From assembly GCA_965204745.1 (NCBI GenBank), contig OZ242010.1, positions 2,080,001 to 2,144,000 on the forward strand: DNA of 64,000 bases. Direction: 5' to 3'. A program made the translations under genes and the position numbers. Below are positions 27,964 through 36,927 of this stretch, piece by piece (position 1 is the first letter of the stretch; the number at the start of each line of letters is the position of its first letter). This DNA is from Candidatus Latescibacterota bacterium (GTDB taxonomy: Bacteria; Latescibacterota; UBA2968). The notes beneath the pieces were generated by a model that was not told where the DNA came from, did not search any database, and worked only from the letters and a program-made list of their open reading frames with translations.

Positions 27964-29100
27964 TCACATCTCCGTGATTTCAACCCTTTTCCGGAATGTG
28001 TCGAGGTCAATTTCTTTCTTGGCGTACGCGTCGATGTCGCGTTTGCTCACGCGAAAAATGAGGCGGTCAGGGTGCTTGATCACCTCGGGGGATTTGTCCT
28101 CTTTTGCACGCACAATACGCGCGATTTTGCGGTCGTCGTCTTTGGCGAGGTCCGCGTGAACGATGATGGATTCCTCCGCCGGAAGGTCGCGCAGGGTTGG
28201 GCCGTAGTCGGCCAAGGTTTCGATGACTGCGGTTTTGAGGGATTCGATTCTATCGGAGGCATCGGTTTTGTCTTTTCGGTACCAATCGTACCAAAAATTG
28301 CTCTCTTGCGAGACGAGAAAGATCGCGCCTATGCCCTTTTGGTATAACCCCATGCTTTTGGCGCCACTCAAGAAGTGGAAATCCGCATCCCCTTCCCGTT
28401 TGATGACGCCGGACAAAATATCGGTCATGATGTCGATTTTTTTATCGTGCGAGGGCTGTGGATCGTGCTCGCGGAAGGCGATCCGATTCTGGAGTTCGTC
28501 GATTTTGCCCCGATTGTACGCGTCAATGTCGCGTTTGGTCGCAGTGGCTTCCAAAAAGACCCCCTCGTGATCACCCCGAAATAGCTTTGAGAGTTGGTGC
28601 TCGGCGTCGTGCATGGCGGCTGCCATCTTTTTTTTCCACGCCATTTCCCTGTCTGGGTCGCCTTTCCCTGCGTACAGGCTGTCGATTGCACTTTTCATGA
28701 GGCTGTCGATGTCGCGCATCCCCGAGTTGGGATCAGGCTCGATTTTTGATGCGTACAGCAAAACGGTTACGCGGTCGTCGTCTTTGAGTTGCCCAATGGC
28801 GTTGGCGTACGTGCTCAAAAATTCGGCGATGTGTTTTTCGTTGAAGACGTCGGCTTTTTGAAGCGCGAAGGAGTATGTTTGGGGCCAGCCTCGGTCGATG
28901 AGCAAGACGCCGTAATTTTTGACGTAAAGACCGATTGTCGCCCCTTTTTTCGTGTCCAAGAAGCGGTCGAGAATGCTTTCCTGAATGGCGAGGTCGCGCT
29001 TCATGCGTTGCCAGTCCATGTCGGCAGAGGCCGAGGTGCAAAGTGCGATGTAGAGGCTGATCCCGGCAAAGAGGATGGTTCGCGTCATCGTTCGTCCCAT
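27964..29100 (-). CDS. Exported hypothetical protein with internal domain duplication
   Basis: Signal peptide; GLYVKNYGVLL/GLYQKGIGAIF and KRDIDAY...ID each present twice; GAGGAG RBS. Confidence 0.75.
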   Translation of the reverse strand: MGRTMTRTILFAGISLYIALCTSASADMDWQRMKRDLAIQESILDRFLDTKKGATIGLYVKNYGVLLIDRGWPQTYSFALQKADVFNEKHIAEFLSTYANAIGQLKDDDRVTVLLYASKIEPDPNSGMRDIDSLMKSAIDSLYAGKGDPDREMAWKKKMAAAMHDAEHQLSKLFRGDHEGVFLEATATKRDIDAYNRGKIDELQNRIAFREHDPQPSHDKKIDIMTDILSGVIKREGDADFHFLSGAKSMGLYQKGIGAIFLVSQESNFWYDWYRKDKTDASDRIESLKTAVIETLADYGPTLRDLPAEESIIVHADLAKDDDRKIARIVRAKEDKSPEVIKHPDRLIFRVSKRDIDAYAKKEIDLDTFRKRVEITEM

Positions 29101-29116
29101 TTTGATTTCTCCTCGT

Positions 29117-29803
29117 TTATGGGGTGTTTCCACCGGTGGGAATGATGGGGGTCGGTCGGTTCTTCTGTCCAAAGGGCATTCCCCGCGTGTCGTAGAGGAT
29201 TTGCAGGCCGCGGTCAATGCGTTGCAGGTCTTGTTTGCGTTGGGTTTCGAGTTCGCGCACCAATTGGATGAGGGCGCTGTTGACCTCGTCGCGCTGTCGG
29301 TTTTGAGATGCGTGAACGAGGCGATTGGTGTAGTCGATCAGGTTTTGCTGGTGGACGATCAATTCCCCAAAGGTGATGGGCGCGTCCAACGGGTGGGTTT
29401 CGGAGGTGTCATTCGCGGCGATTCGTTCTGACGAATCGCCGGACCGCAGGCCGATAGAGGCGTGGAACGCGCCATCTTGAAGGGCAACTTCGACATTGAA
29501 AAAGGTTATGACGAGGACCGCGGCAATGGCGAAAGTCGCCGCAACGGCCCATCGCTTGGGAAATCGCGCGGGCCACGGATTTTGCCAGAAGGAGGAGCGG
29601 GCTTCGGCAAACACGAGATCAAAGTCGGGCGTTTCGTCGCGCCAAGTGCTGAGGATGCGGGATGCGTTGCCCAGTTCCTCGAGGGCTTGGCTGCACGAGG
29701 GGCAAGCCGCGACGTGAACGCCGAGGCGTTCGCGCTCGTCTTTGTGGATGTCCTCGTCGTAAAAATAGGCGATGAGTTGTTCGCGGGTGATGTCACAATT
29801 CAT
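29117..29803 (-). CDS. Zinc-finger (HxxxCxxC) transmembrane anti-sigma factor
   Basis: MNC...HVAACPSC, single TM helix, overlaps the ECF sigma stop. Confidence 0.88.
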   Translation of the reverse strand: MNCDITREQLIAYFYDEDIHKDERERLGVHVAACPSCSQALEELGNASRILSTWRDETPDFDLVFAEARSSFWQNPWPARFPKRWAVAATFAIAAVLVITFFNVEVALQDGAFHASIGLRSGDSSERIAANDTSETHPLDAPITFGELIVHQQNLIDYTNRLVHASQNRQRDEVNSALIQLVRELETQRKQDLQRIDRGLQILYDTRGMPFGQKNRPTPIIPTGGNTP

Positions 29804-30359
29804 AGCGCACCATGTCCTCGCTGATGTCCCAGCGGTCAAAAATTTTTTTGAGGGCCGAAAGGCCGTAATACATTCTGGATTTGACCGTGTTGATCGGCGC
29901 GTTGAGGGTTTCGGCAATTTCGGTGAATTTGAGGCCCTGGTATTCTTTCATGACGATGACCACGCGCTGTTCTTCGGGCAAATGTTGCAGGGCGCGGTTG
30001 ATCAAATCCCGCACGCTTTGTTCGTGAGCCCGATCATCCGGGCGCGCTCCGGTGTCTGCTATTGGCGCGGATTCCCAAAGCGCGTCGAGGGATATGAGTT
30101 CGCGCCTGCGCGCCGCGTCTCGGCACGCATTGAGCGCGATTTGATAGATCCAAGCGGTGAATTTGTCCGGGTCGCGCAATCGCCGCAGGCTTTTGTACGC
30201 GCGAATAAAGGTTTGCTGGCACAGATCGTACGCGTCGTCTCGATTGCCCGCGTAACGCAGGACAAAGTTGTAGATGGGGCACTCCCAACGCTTGACCAAG
30301 GTATTAAAGGCCGCGGTGTGCCCGGCTTGGAACTGCGCGATCAGCGCCGCATCATTCAT
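29793..30359 (-). CDS. ECF RNA polymerase sigma factor
   Basis: DAYDLCQQTFIRAY, FTAWIYQIALN.CRD, LPEEQRVVI, EIAETL..PINTVKSR. Confidence 0.95.
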   Translation of the reverse strand: MNDAALIAQFQAGHTAAFNTLVKRWECPIYNFVLRYAGNRDDAYDLCQQTFIRAYKSLRRLRDPDKFTAWIYQIALNACRDAARRRELISLDALWESAPIADTGARPDDRAHEQSVRDLINRALQHLPEEQRVVIVMKEYQGLKFTEIAETLNAPINTVKSRMYYGLSALKKIFDRWDISEDMVRYEL

Positions 30360-30586
30360 CGAGAGAAGCCCCGCGTTTGGCGTTCAACATCGTGTCGTCA
30401 CCCTTCAAGACGTTAGGTTAGGCCAAAAAGTTTTACACTTGTGAAAAAAGTTCATATTTTTTGGCAAAAAAAGCGACCCTTTCGGGCCGCCAAATATTCC
30501 CTCTGCGAGCCTGTGATGCAAGAACCCGAATTTACACAGCACCCCACTGAGATATTTGGGCATTCCTTCGACAAAATCAGTATCTA

Positions 30587-30630
30587 AGGCAACCAACAAT
30601 GCTTTAGGACCAAACGCTTGAGACAAGCAC
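30587..30630 (-). repeat. Partial inverted copy of the left end of the ~300-bp element
   Basis: Reverse complement GTGCTTGTCTCAAGCGTTTGGTCCTAAAGCATTGTTGGTTGCCT resembles 45350..45395 and 27565..27613. Confidence 0.65.
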
Positions 30631-30712
30631 CGCGTACGCCAATGTCTGTTTCTCATTCATCTCTGATAGGATGCGGGATACGGACAACTAAAAATCAAAT
30701 TGGTATAAGACC

Positions 30713-31471
30713 ATGAACTTTAGACCGTGTATTGACTTGCGCCATGGCCGGGTCGTGCAGATCGTCGGGGGGACATTGCGCGATGGGGAACGTGCGATGA
30801 CCCATTTTGAGACCGAGCGTTCCCCTGCGGATTACGCACGCCTGTACCGCGCAGATGGCTTGTGGGGCGGGCATGTGATCGCGCTTGGGCCGGGCAACGA
30901 AGCAGCCGCGCTGTCTGCACTCAAGGCGTTTCCCGGGGGCCTGCACATGGGCGGGGGCATCGCGCCGCACAATGCGGAAACATTTTTGCACGCAGGCGCG
31001 AGCCATGTGATCGTGACGTCCTACGTGTTTTGCGATGGGCAGATCGATGACGACCGGTTGGACGAGATGATGCGGGCCGTGGGCAAGGATCGGTTGGTGC
31101 TGGATTTGAGTTGCCGAAAGCGCGGCAATGACTACGTCGTGGTTACAAATCGCTGGCAAACATTTACCGATGTGGCGGTTGGAAAAGCGACCTTGCGCGC
31201 CTTGGCCGATTGTTGCGCGGAGTTTTTGGTCCATGGGGTCGATGTGGAGGGCAAACGCGCAGGCATAGAAGAACCGCTGGTGGAAATGCTCGGCAAGTGG
31301 TCGCCCGTACCGGTGACGTACGCGGGCGGAGCGCGGAACCTGTCCGATCTGGATCGCGTCAACGCGCTGGGGCAAGGCCGCGTGGATCTGACCATTGGCA
31401 GCGCGCTGGACATTTTCGGCGGCGATGTGGCATATCGAGATGTCGTGAGGTGGCAAAAAGAGAACGAGTGA
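30713..31471 (+). CDS. hisA: ProFAR isomerase, His6/eukaryote-like subtype
   Basis: FRPCIDL.HG.V.QIVGGTL, GASHVIVTSYVF, LVLDLSCR, EFLVHGVDVEG, DLTIGSALDIFGG. Confidence 0.93.
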   Translation: MNFRPCIDLRHGRVVQIVGGTLRDGERAMTHFETERSPADYARLYRADGLWGGHVIALGPGNEAAALSALKAFPGGLHMGGGIAPHNAETFLHAGASHVIVTSYVFCDGQIDDDRLDEMMRAVGKDRLVLDLSCRKRGNDYVVVTNRWQTFTDVAVGKATLRALADCCAEFLVHGVDVEGKRAGIEEPLVEMLGKWSPVPVTYAGGARNLSDLDRVNALGQGRVDLTIGSALDIFGGDVAYRDVVRWQKENE

Positions 31472-31506
31472 GATGGGAGCGATGAGGCAACCCCGCCACC
31501 GCCCAA

Positions 31507-31586
31507 GTTGTCAGTTGTCAGTGGTCAGTTGTCAGTGGTCAGTTGTCAGTGGTCAGTTGTCAGTGGTCAGTTGTCAGTGGTCAGTC
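31507..31586. repeat. Heptamer tandem repeat (GTTGTCA/GTGGTCA alternating)
   Basis: About 11 heptamers; shorter runs of the complement (CTGACAA) near 1137, 21420, 52940. Confidence 0.9.
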
Positions 31587-31776
31587 CCCGCCCATCCACC
31601 GCAAAATTGGACGTGAGAATGTAGGGGCGTGGTCGCTGTGCTCACCCAACCCGACCACCGATCCGTTCGCAGTCCGTTGCCCCATCCTGTCTCCATTAAC
31701 CGTAGGGACAGGTCCCCGTGCCTGTCCGAAAGCGGACCTGTGCCCGCACGTTCCGCGGATTCGTCAGGATTATTTT

Positions 31777-32805
31777 ATGATGCGTTTTCAGGATCTCGGG
31801 GAATTTGGATTTATCGACCGCATTGCCGCGCACGCACAGCGCAATCGGGTGCTTTGTGGGATTGGCGATGATTGTGCGGTCATCGCAATGGATGAGGACC
31901 GTGCGCGTCTCGTGACGACGGACGCGATGGTCGAGGGCGTCCACTTTGTGCAAAACGCGCCGCCGGAAAGCGTGGGCTACAAGTTGCTGACCGCGAGTTT
32001 GTCCGACATCGCCGCAATGGGGGGCAAGCCGACGGATGCGGTCGTGGGGATCAGCGCGTCAGCGCACTGTGACGCGGCGTATGTCGAGCGCATCTACAAC
32101 GGCTTGTTCGCCTGTGCGGATCGTTTTGGCGTCGCCATCGTGGGTGGGGATACGACGCGCACAACGGGCCCCTTGGTCTTGAGTTTGACGCTCACGGGCC
32201 ACATGGCACGCGATCAAGTGTGCTATCGGTCGGGCGCGCAGGTGGGCGATGCGATTTACGTATCGGGCCCCTTGGGCGATGCTGCGGCCGGTTTGGGCGT
32301 GGTATTGGGCGAAGTGTCGATGCAGGGCGAAGACCGAGCCGCGCTGTTGCGGCAACATTATCGGCCCGATGCGCGCGTGGATTTGGGATGGGCTTTGGCA
32401 GGAACCGGGGGCATTACCGCGATGATCGACATATCGGATGGGTTGGCTTCGGATTTGAACCACATTTGCCGGCAAAGCGAGGTGTCGGCTGTGATTCGAG
32501 CAGAGGCGATCCCCATGTCCGCGGCGTTTGTGAAATTTTGCGCTACGAGCCAACAAAATAAACTCGATCTCGCCCTCGCCGGCGGGGAGGATTTTGAGTT
32601 GCTATTTTGCGTGCGCCGCGCACAGGTGCATCAGGTCGAGGCACTCGCAACGCGCTATTCGATTTCCCGCATCGGCGAGATCGCAGCGGGTAATGGCGGT
32701 GTGAAAATAAAAAATGAGGATGGGAAGCGCGTGCTGTTGGAACGGGAGGGATACGAGCATTTTAGGAGAGCGGGAAGTTTAGCCACGAGCGGGGTACAAC
32801 TGTAG
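31777..32805 (+). CDS. thiL: Thiamine-monophosphate kinase
   Basis: GEFGFI, GIGDDCA, TTDAMVEGVHF, SDIAAMGG, GGDT, MIDISDGL, GGEDFELLF, GYEHF. Confidence 0.96.
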   Translation: MMRFQDLGEFGFIDRIAAHAQRNRVLCGIGDDCAVIAMDEDRARLVTTDAMVEGVHFVQNAPPESVGYKLLTASLSDIAAMGGKPTDAVVGISASAHCDAAYVERIYNGLFACADRFGVAIVGGDTTRTTGPLVLSLTLTGHMARDQVCYRSGAQVGDAIYVSGPLGDAAAGLGVVLGEVSMQGEDRAALLRQHYRPDARVDLGWALAGTGGITAMIDISDGLASDLNHICRQSEVSAVIRAEAIPMSAAFVKFCATSQQNKLDLALAGGEDFELLFCVRRAQVHQVEALATRYSISRIGEIAAGNGGVKIKNEDGKRVLLEREGYEHFRRAGSLATSGVQL

Positions 32806-33050
32806 GGGCGATGCCCTGGTCGAGAACATATCTTTCGCTACTCAGGCGAATTAAGCGTTGTCGGCTGTCTGTCGTCTTTGCCCTCGCCTCGCCCCTCTTG
32901 TATCTTTGGGCGAGCACAGGGGCATCGCCCCTACACATATCGCTCACCTTTGAACTGGCTGTCGCTAGTTGTACCCCGCTTGTGTTTTTGTGCCTTTGAA
33001 CTGGCTGTCGCCAGTTGTACCCCGCTCGTGGCTAAAATCCCATCTTACCA
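32784..33050. repeat. Cluster of composite repeats in inverted arrangement between convergent genes
   Basis: Family B/REP on the minus strand at 32784-32820; TATCTTT + REP + two family B copies at 32893-33050. Confidence 0.85.
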
Positions 33051-35141
33051 CATCACGCGAAACCGCGTCATTGCAATGGCGCGTTCCAAATTGTGCATGT
33101 CTTCGACCACCACGCGCAGGGCTTTGGGGCCTGGCATGGTTTTGTCCAGGGACAAGGCCAAGAACAGGGGCTCCCAGTTGCGGGTGCCGCGCTGTTCGTA
33201 GGACACGGCGGTGGCCCAATCGCCTCGTTCTGCGTCGTCGGCATCGCTCAAGGCGCGCACTTGAAAGGTGAGTTTGTAATGGGTCGCGCCGAAATTGTCG
33301 CGTTGCAAATTGTAAATCTCGAAATACACCACGGCCCGCCCGTTGCTTTCGTATTGTTGCAGGGGATTGGACAATACGAGAAAGCGATTGCGTCCAAAGG
33401 GGCGGTCTTCGCGCTCGACCACGCGCCGCGCCAGCAACAAGTCGCTGATGTCCAATCGGTCATTTGAAAAGTGCCGCACATCGAGCGTGTCTCGAAACGC
33501 GCCCACGGATTTTTTGGCGCGATCCTCCACTTCCGCAACCAAATAATAACGCCCTGTTTTCAGATGTAGCCTATCGCCGGATAGCAAATAGCCCGTGCGA
33601 ACCGCGTCGTATTTGACCAGCGGCAGGCGTTGCACATGCGCGATCTCTCGGCGCAGCGTATCCCATTGGGCGTCGAAGAGGAACAGGCCCTGCCGCAAAT
33701 TGACGCGCTTGAGGCCCGCGCGCAGGGCTTGGGTCTCGACCTCCTCGGCGTCGAGCGCGTAGTACACTTCGACCCGTGCGTGGGCGTCTTCCCCGCGAAA
33801 CTGCGCCACTTGGTGGGGCACATCGTAGCGTTGCCCCCAGTACGGGTCTCGAAAATGATCGGGGTTGCGCGCGACAAAGGACTTAAACCCCCGTGGATTC
33901 ACTTCAAAATCCAACCAGCCCAAGCGGAAATTCCAGTGATCGCGCGTGTCTGTATTTTCAAAAATGATCGTAAAGCCGTCGTATCGCCACAACTCTTTTC
34001 GATGCTCGAAATTGTGCGACATCGTCTGCCATCGCGCGCGCCGGGCCAGATAATCCTGCATGTAGCCCGGCAAATCCACCCCGGTGCGAAATTCCGCAGG
34101 TCTCGCCACCAATGCGACCGGATGCCCGTAGCGGATATAGACCTGGCCCTTGTCCGTCATCCAGCCGGGGATGCCTTTGAGGGGATCGCCAAAGCGCAAA
34201 TTGGCGTAGGCCACGCGCCGGCAGTGCTCGAGCAATCGCTCGTTGTATTCGGTCAAAAACAACGGGTCTCGGCCCGTCCAAAACTTGCGAATGGCAACGC
34301 GGTCTGGCGCGGTGGAATCCGGGTCGGCCAGCAAAAACACCCCCATCATAAACCGCTGCTCTGCGCCGGACATGCGCGCAAGGCCATCGGCATAAGCCGC
34401 ATAGGCGCGCCGCAACCGGTCGTTGGCCTGATAGCCCAATCCGACAAAAAAATGCGCGTGGGCATTGTCGGGATGCCGTTGCAGGTACGTTTCAAACAGG
34501 GGGATTAACGCATTCGCCATTCGGCCTTCGTAATAGACGAGGCCCAAGAGGTGATGCGAGGCCCAATGGTCGGGGTCTTTGTCGATAGCGCGGGTCAAGT
34601 ACCCGATGGCCGCATCGCGCGCCTCGATGCCGTAGTGTTCCAAACTCAGGGTTCTGACCGTTCGTCTCGGCCGATAGGGATCGGAACCGTAATTCACGAT
34701 TTTGCGTTCGGCATCCAAATACCGCGTCATGTTCCACATCTCAAAGCGCGCGGCCCAATACAGAGGCCCCACGGCGTCGGGATCGCGCTCGATGCCCCGC
34801 TTGGCATAGACTATCGCGGTTGTGCGCCGCCCCACGCGCCAGTAATACTCGGCCAGCGAAGTGTAGATATCCCCGTCATCCGGCTGTTGCTGTACGGCTT
34901 TCTTCAACCACCGCTCTGCCGCGTGGACATATCCCTTGCCCCGCGTCATGTACAACGCGCCCAAGGCGTGGGCCGCGCGCCCGGACGCATCGCGCTGGGC
35001 AGCGGCTTTCAGCAGGGACACGCGATCCTCAAACGCCCGCGTCGTATCGGAGGCGGCGACGAGCAACGAATCGGTATTCGCCCATCCCACACTCGGCGCG
35101 ATGAGCGCGGCGATCAACAGCATTCGCAAGGTCATTTCCAT
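33045..35141 (-). CDS. GWxTD-domain protein with N-terminal TPR repeats
   Basis: Signal peptide, TPR-like helices, FWTGRDP...NERLLEH..RVAYANLRF...GWMTDKGQVYIRYG. Confidence 0.9.
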   Translation of the reverse strand: MEMTLRMLLIAALIAPSVGWANTDSLLVAASDTTRAFEDRVSLLKAAAQRDASGRAAHALGALYMTRGKGYVHAAERWLKKAVQQQPDDGDIYTSLAEYYWRVGRRTTAIVYAKRGIERDPDAVGPLYWAARFEMWNMTRYLDAERKIVNYGSDPYRPRRTVRTLSLEHYGIEARDAAIGYLTRAIDKDPDHWASHHLLGLVYYEGRMANALIPLFETYLQRHPDNAHAHFFVGLGYQANDRLRRAYAAYADGLARMSGAEQRFMMGVFLLADPDSTAPDRVAIRKFWTGRDPLFLTEYNERLLEHCRRVAYANLRFGDPLKGIPGWMTDKGQVYIRYGHPVALVARPAEFRTGVDLPGYMQDYLARRARWQTMSHNFEHRKELWRYDGFTIIFENTDTRDHWNFRLGWLDFEVNPRGFKSFVARNPDHFRDPYWGQRYDVPHQVAQFRGEDAHARVEVYYALDAEEVETQALRAGLKRVNLRQGLFLFDAQWDTLRREIAHVQRLPLVKYDAVRTGYLLSGDRLHLKTGRYYLVAEVEDRAKKSVGAFRDTLDVRHFSNDRLDISDLLLARRVVEREDRPFGRNRFLVLSNPLQQYESNGRAVVYFEIYNLQRDNFGATHYKLTFQVRALSDADDAERGDWATAVSYEQRGTRNWEPLFLALSLDKTMPGPKALRVVVEDMHNLERAIAMTRFRVMW

Positions 35142-35147
35142 TCTCCT

Positions 35148-36233
35148 CTACCCAGTCAACCTCCGCATCGCCCACTCGAGCGGGCCGCGGTCGAAGTGTT
35201 TTCGCCATGTGTCGGAATAGGCGACAGCCAATGCAAAAAATACGACCGCGCTCGTCACGGCAAACTCGAGACGCTGATTCTCCAAACGCCCGAAAATGTC
35301 CAAAATGCCCATCCCCAGTACGACGTGTGCGACGTAGAGCGTCAGCGAAAGTTGGCCTGTTGCCACGAGTGCGCGATGCAATCTGAGATGCACAAATCGC
35401 TGCGAGAGCATGACGCACAGCGCGATAACGGCAAATGCCGTGCCGCCCGCCGCCAGCATGTACAAGGGCACAGGTGGGAGCATTGCAGTTCCAAAGACGG
35501 CGCGTATCGCTTCTACGGAATCGGCGGATGCACGCGCTGTCAGGGTCTCGATTAGCACTGCGGATAGAAACTCGGCAACGAGCGCGACCCCTACACCCAC
35601 CAGCAACACGCGCTTGCTCACCGACGCGTCAGCCATATTCTGCCTGCCCAGCCACATTCCCGCCAATAAAAAAGCAGTCCAGGGCATAACGGGATGAAGG
35701 CCGTTAAAAAACAAGTTGCGGATCATGCCCAACGGCGTCCAGAGCCCTTCGTACTCCAACGTGGTAAAATCCCATTCTGCCTCGTAGTTAAAACACAGGA
35801 GCAACGCGGAGAAGGCGATGACAAATGCGGCTGCCAATCCCCAAAGCCAGCGGCCGGATGCCGACAGGACAAGCGCGCCGATGGTGATGTAAAGGCCGTA
35901 GAAGTGCAGGATGTCGCCCGAGTAAATGGGGAGGTACAGCATGCCGACCACGAACAAGAAGGCGGCGCGCCGCCACAGGATCTTGCGGGCATCGAACAGG
36001 GCTTTGGAATCGCCGGATTGTAGATCGCGGCGCGTCGCCAGCGATAGGCCAACACCGGCCAAGATGACGAAGATGGCAGCGGCGCGACCTTCGAACAGCC
36101 CCGTCGCAAAGGCGAGCCAGCCGGGGCCGCTCCCATCGGCTGTCATGACGACCTTGTAGTTGACCAGTGTCATGCCAAAGATGGCAAAGGCGCGGGCCAC
36201 ATCGTAGCCGAATATGCGGTTTCCCACCTGCAT
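35148..36233 (-). CDS. DUF418 (YeiB-like) integral membrane protein
   Basis: RIFGYDVARAFAIFGM, GRAAAIF, GDILHFY, GQLSLTLYVAH, RGPLEWAMR. Confidence 0.88.
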   Translation of the reverse strand: MQVGNRIFGYDVARAFAIFGMTLVNYKVVMTADGSGPGWLAFATGLFEGRAAAIFVILAGVGLSLATRRDLQSGDSKALFDARKILWRRAAFLFVVGMLYLPIYSGDILHFYGLYITIGALVLSASGRWLWGLAAAFVIAFSALLLCFNYEAEWDFTTLEYEGLWTPLGMIRNLFFNGLHPVMPWTAFLLAGMWLGRQNMADASVSKRVLLVGVGVALVAEFLSAVLIETLTARASADSVEAIRAVFGTAMLPPVPLYMLAAGGTAFAVIALCVMLSQRFVHLRLHRALVATGQLSLTLYVAHVVLGMGILDIFGRLENQRLEFAVTSAVVFFALAVAYSDTWRKHFDRGPLEWAMRRLTG

Positions 36234-36253
36234 TTGCAGTCTCCCTAAAAAAA

Positions 36254-36326
36254 TGCCCCTGGCAGGACTCGAACCTGCGACCAACGGATTAGGAATCCGC
36301 TACTCTATCCTCTGAGCTACAGGGGC
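36254..36326 (-). tRNA. tRNA-Arg (anticodon CCT), CCA not encoded
   Basis: GCCCCTG/CAGGGGC acceptor stem, D-arm GCTC..GAGT, anticodon loop TTCCTAA, T-arm GCAGG-TTCGAGT-CCTGC. Confidence 0.96.
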
Positions 36327-36354
36327 GTTGCGGTCAATATGATCGAACCGGATT

Positions 36355-36867
36355 TCAACACCGGACCAGCGCGTGGATCGGCCAGTCCGCGAGTTTTTCG
36401 CGCCCGTGCAAAAAGCCCAGTTCGAGGACGAACGAGAGGCCGACGATCTCGCCCTCGAGCGCCGAGACGAGTTGGCAGGCAGCGGCCATGGTGCCCCCCG
36501 TGGCGAGCAGGTCATCGACCAGCGCGATCTTTTGGCCTGCGGCTATGGCATCGGTGTGAATTTCGAGCTCATCGATGCCGTATTCCAATTCGTAGTCCGC
36601 AGAAACCGTCGCGGATGGCAACTTGCCGGACTTGCGAACCGGCACGAATCCCGCGCCGAGTTCGAGCGCGAGGGCGGCCCCAAAGATAAAGCCGCGCGAC
36701 TCGATGCCCACGATCAAATCCACGGGCGCGGCGCGATAGGGGTGCGCGAGTTGCACAACTGCGGCGCGATAGGCCGCGCGGTCCGCGAGCAGGGGTGCGA
36801 TGTCTTTGAACACGATGCCCGGTTTTGGAAAATCGGGCACATCCCGAATAAATGCCGTTAAATCCAC
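36355..36867 (-). CDS. apt: Adenine phosphoribosyltransferase
   Basis: DFPKPGIVFKDI, ESRGF, RKSGKLP, YELEYG, VDDLLATGGT; GTG start after AGGAGGAG. Confidence 0.97.
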   Translation of the reverse strand: MDLTAFIRDVPDFPKPGIVFKDIAPLLADRAAYRAAVVQLAHPYRAAPVDLIVGIESRGFIFGAALALELGAGFVPVRKSGKLPSATVSADYELEYGIDELEIHTDAIAAGQKIALVDDLLATGGTMAAACQLVSALEGEIVGLSFVLELGFLHGREKLADWPIHALVRC

Positions 36868-36927
36868 GATCTCCTCCTTATCGCACAACCCCTGTTTCGG
36901 ACGGGCACAGGGGCCTGTCCCTACGCA

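Noticed and set aside
36254-36326. tRNA-Arg as an integration site for an island
   Set aside because: No duplicated tRNA 3' end or integrase found by eye; flanking genes have host-like composition
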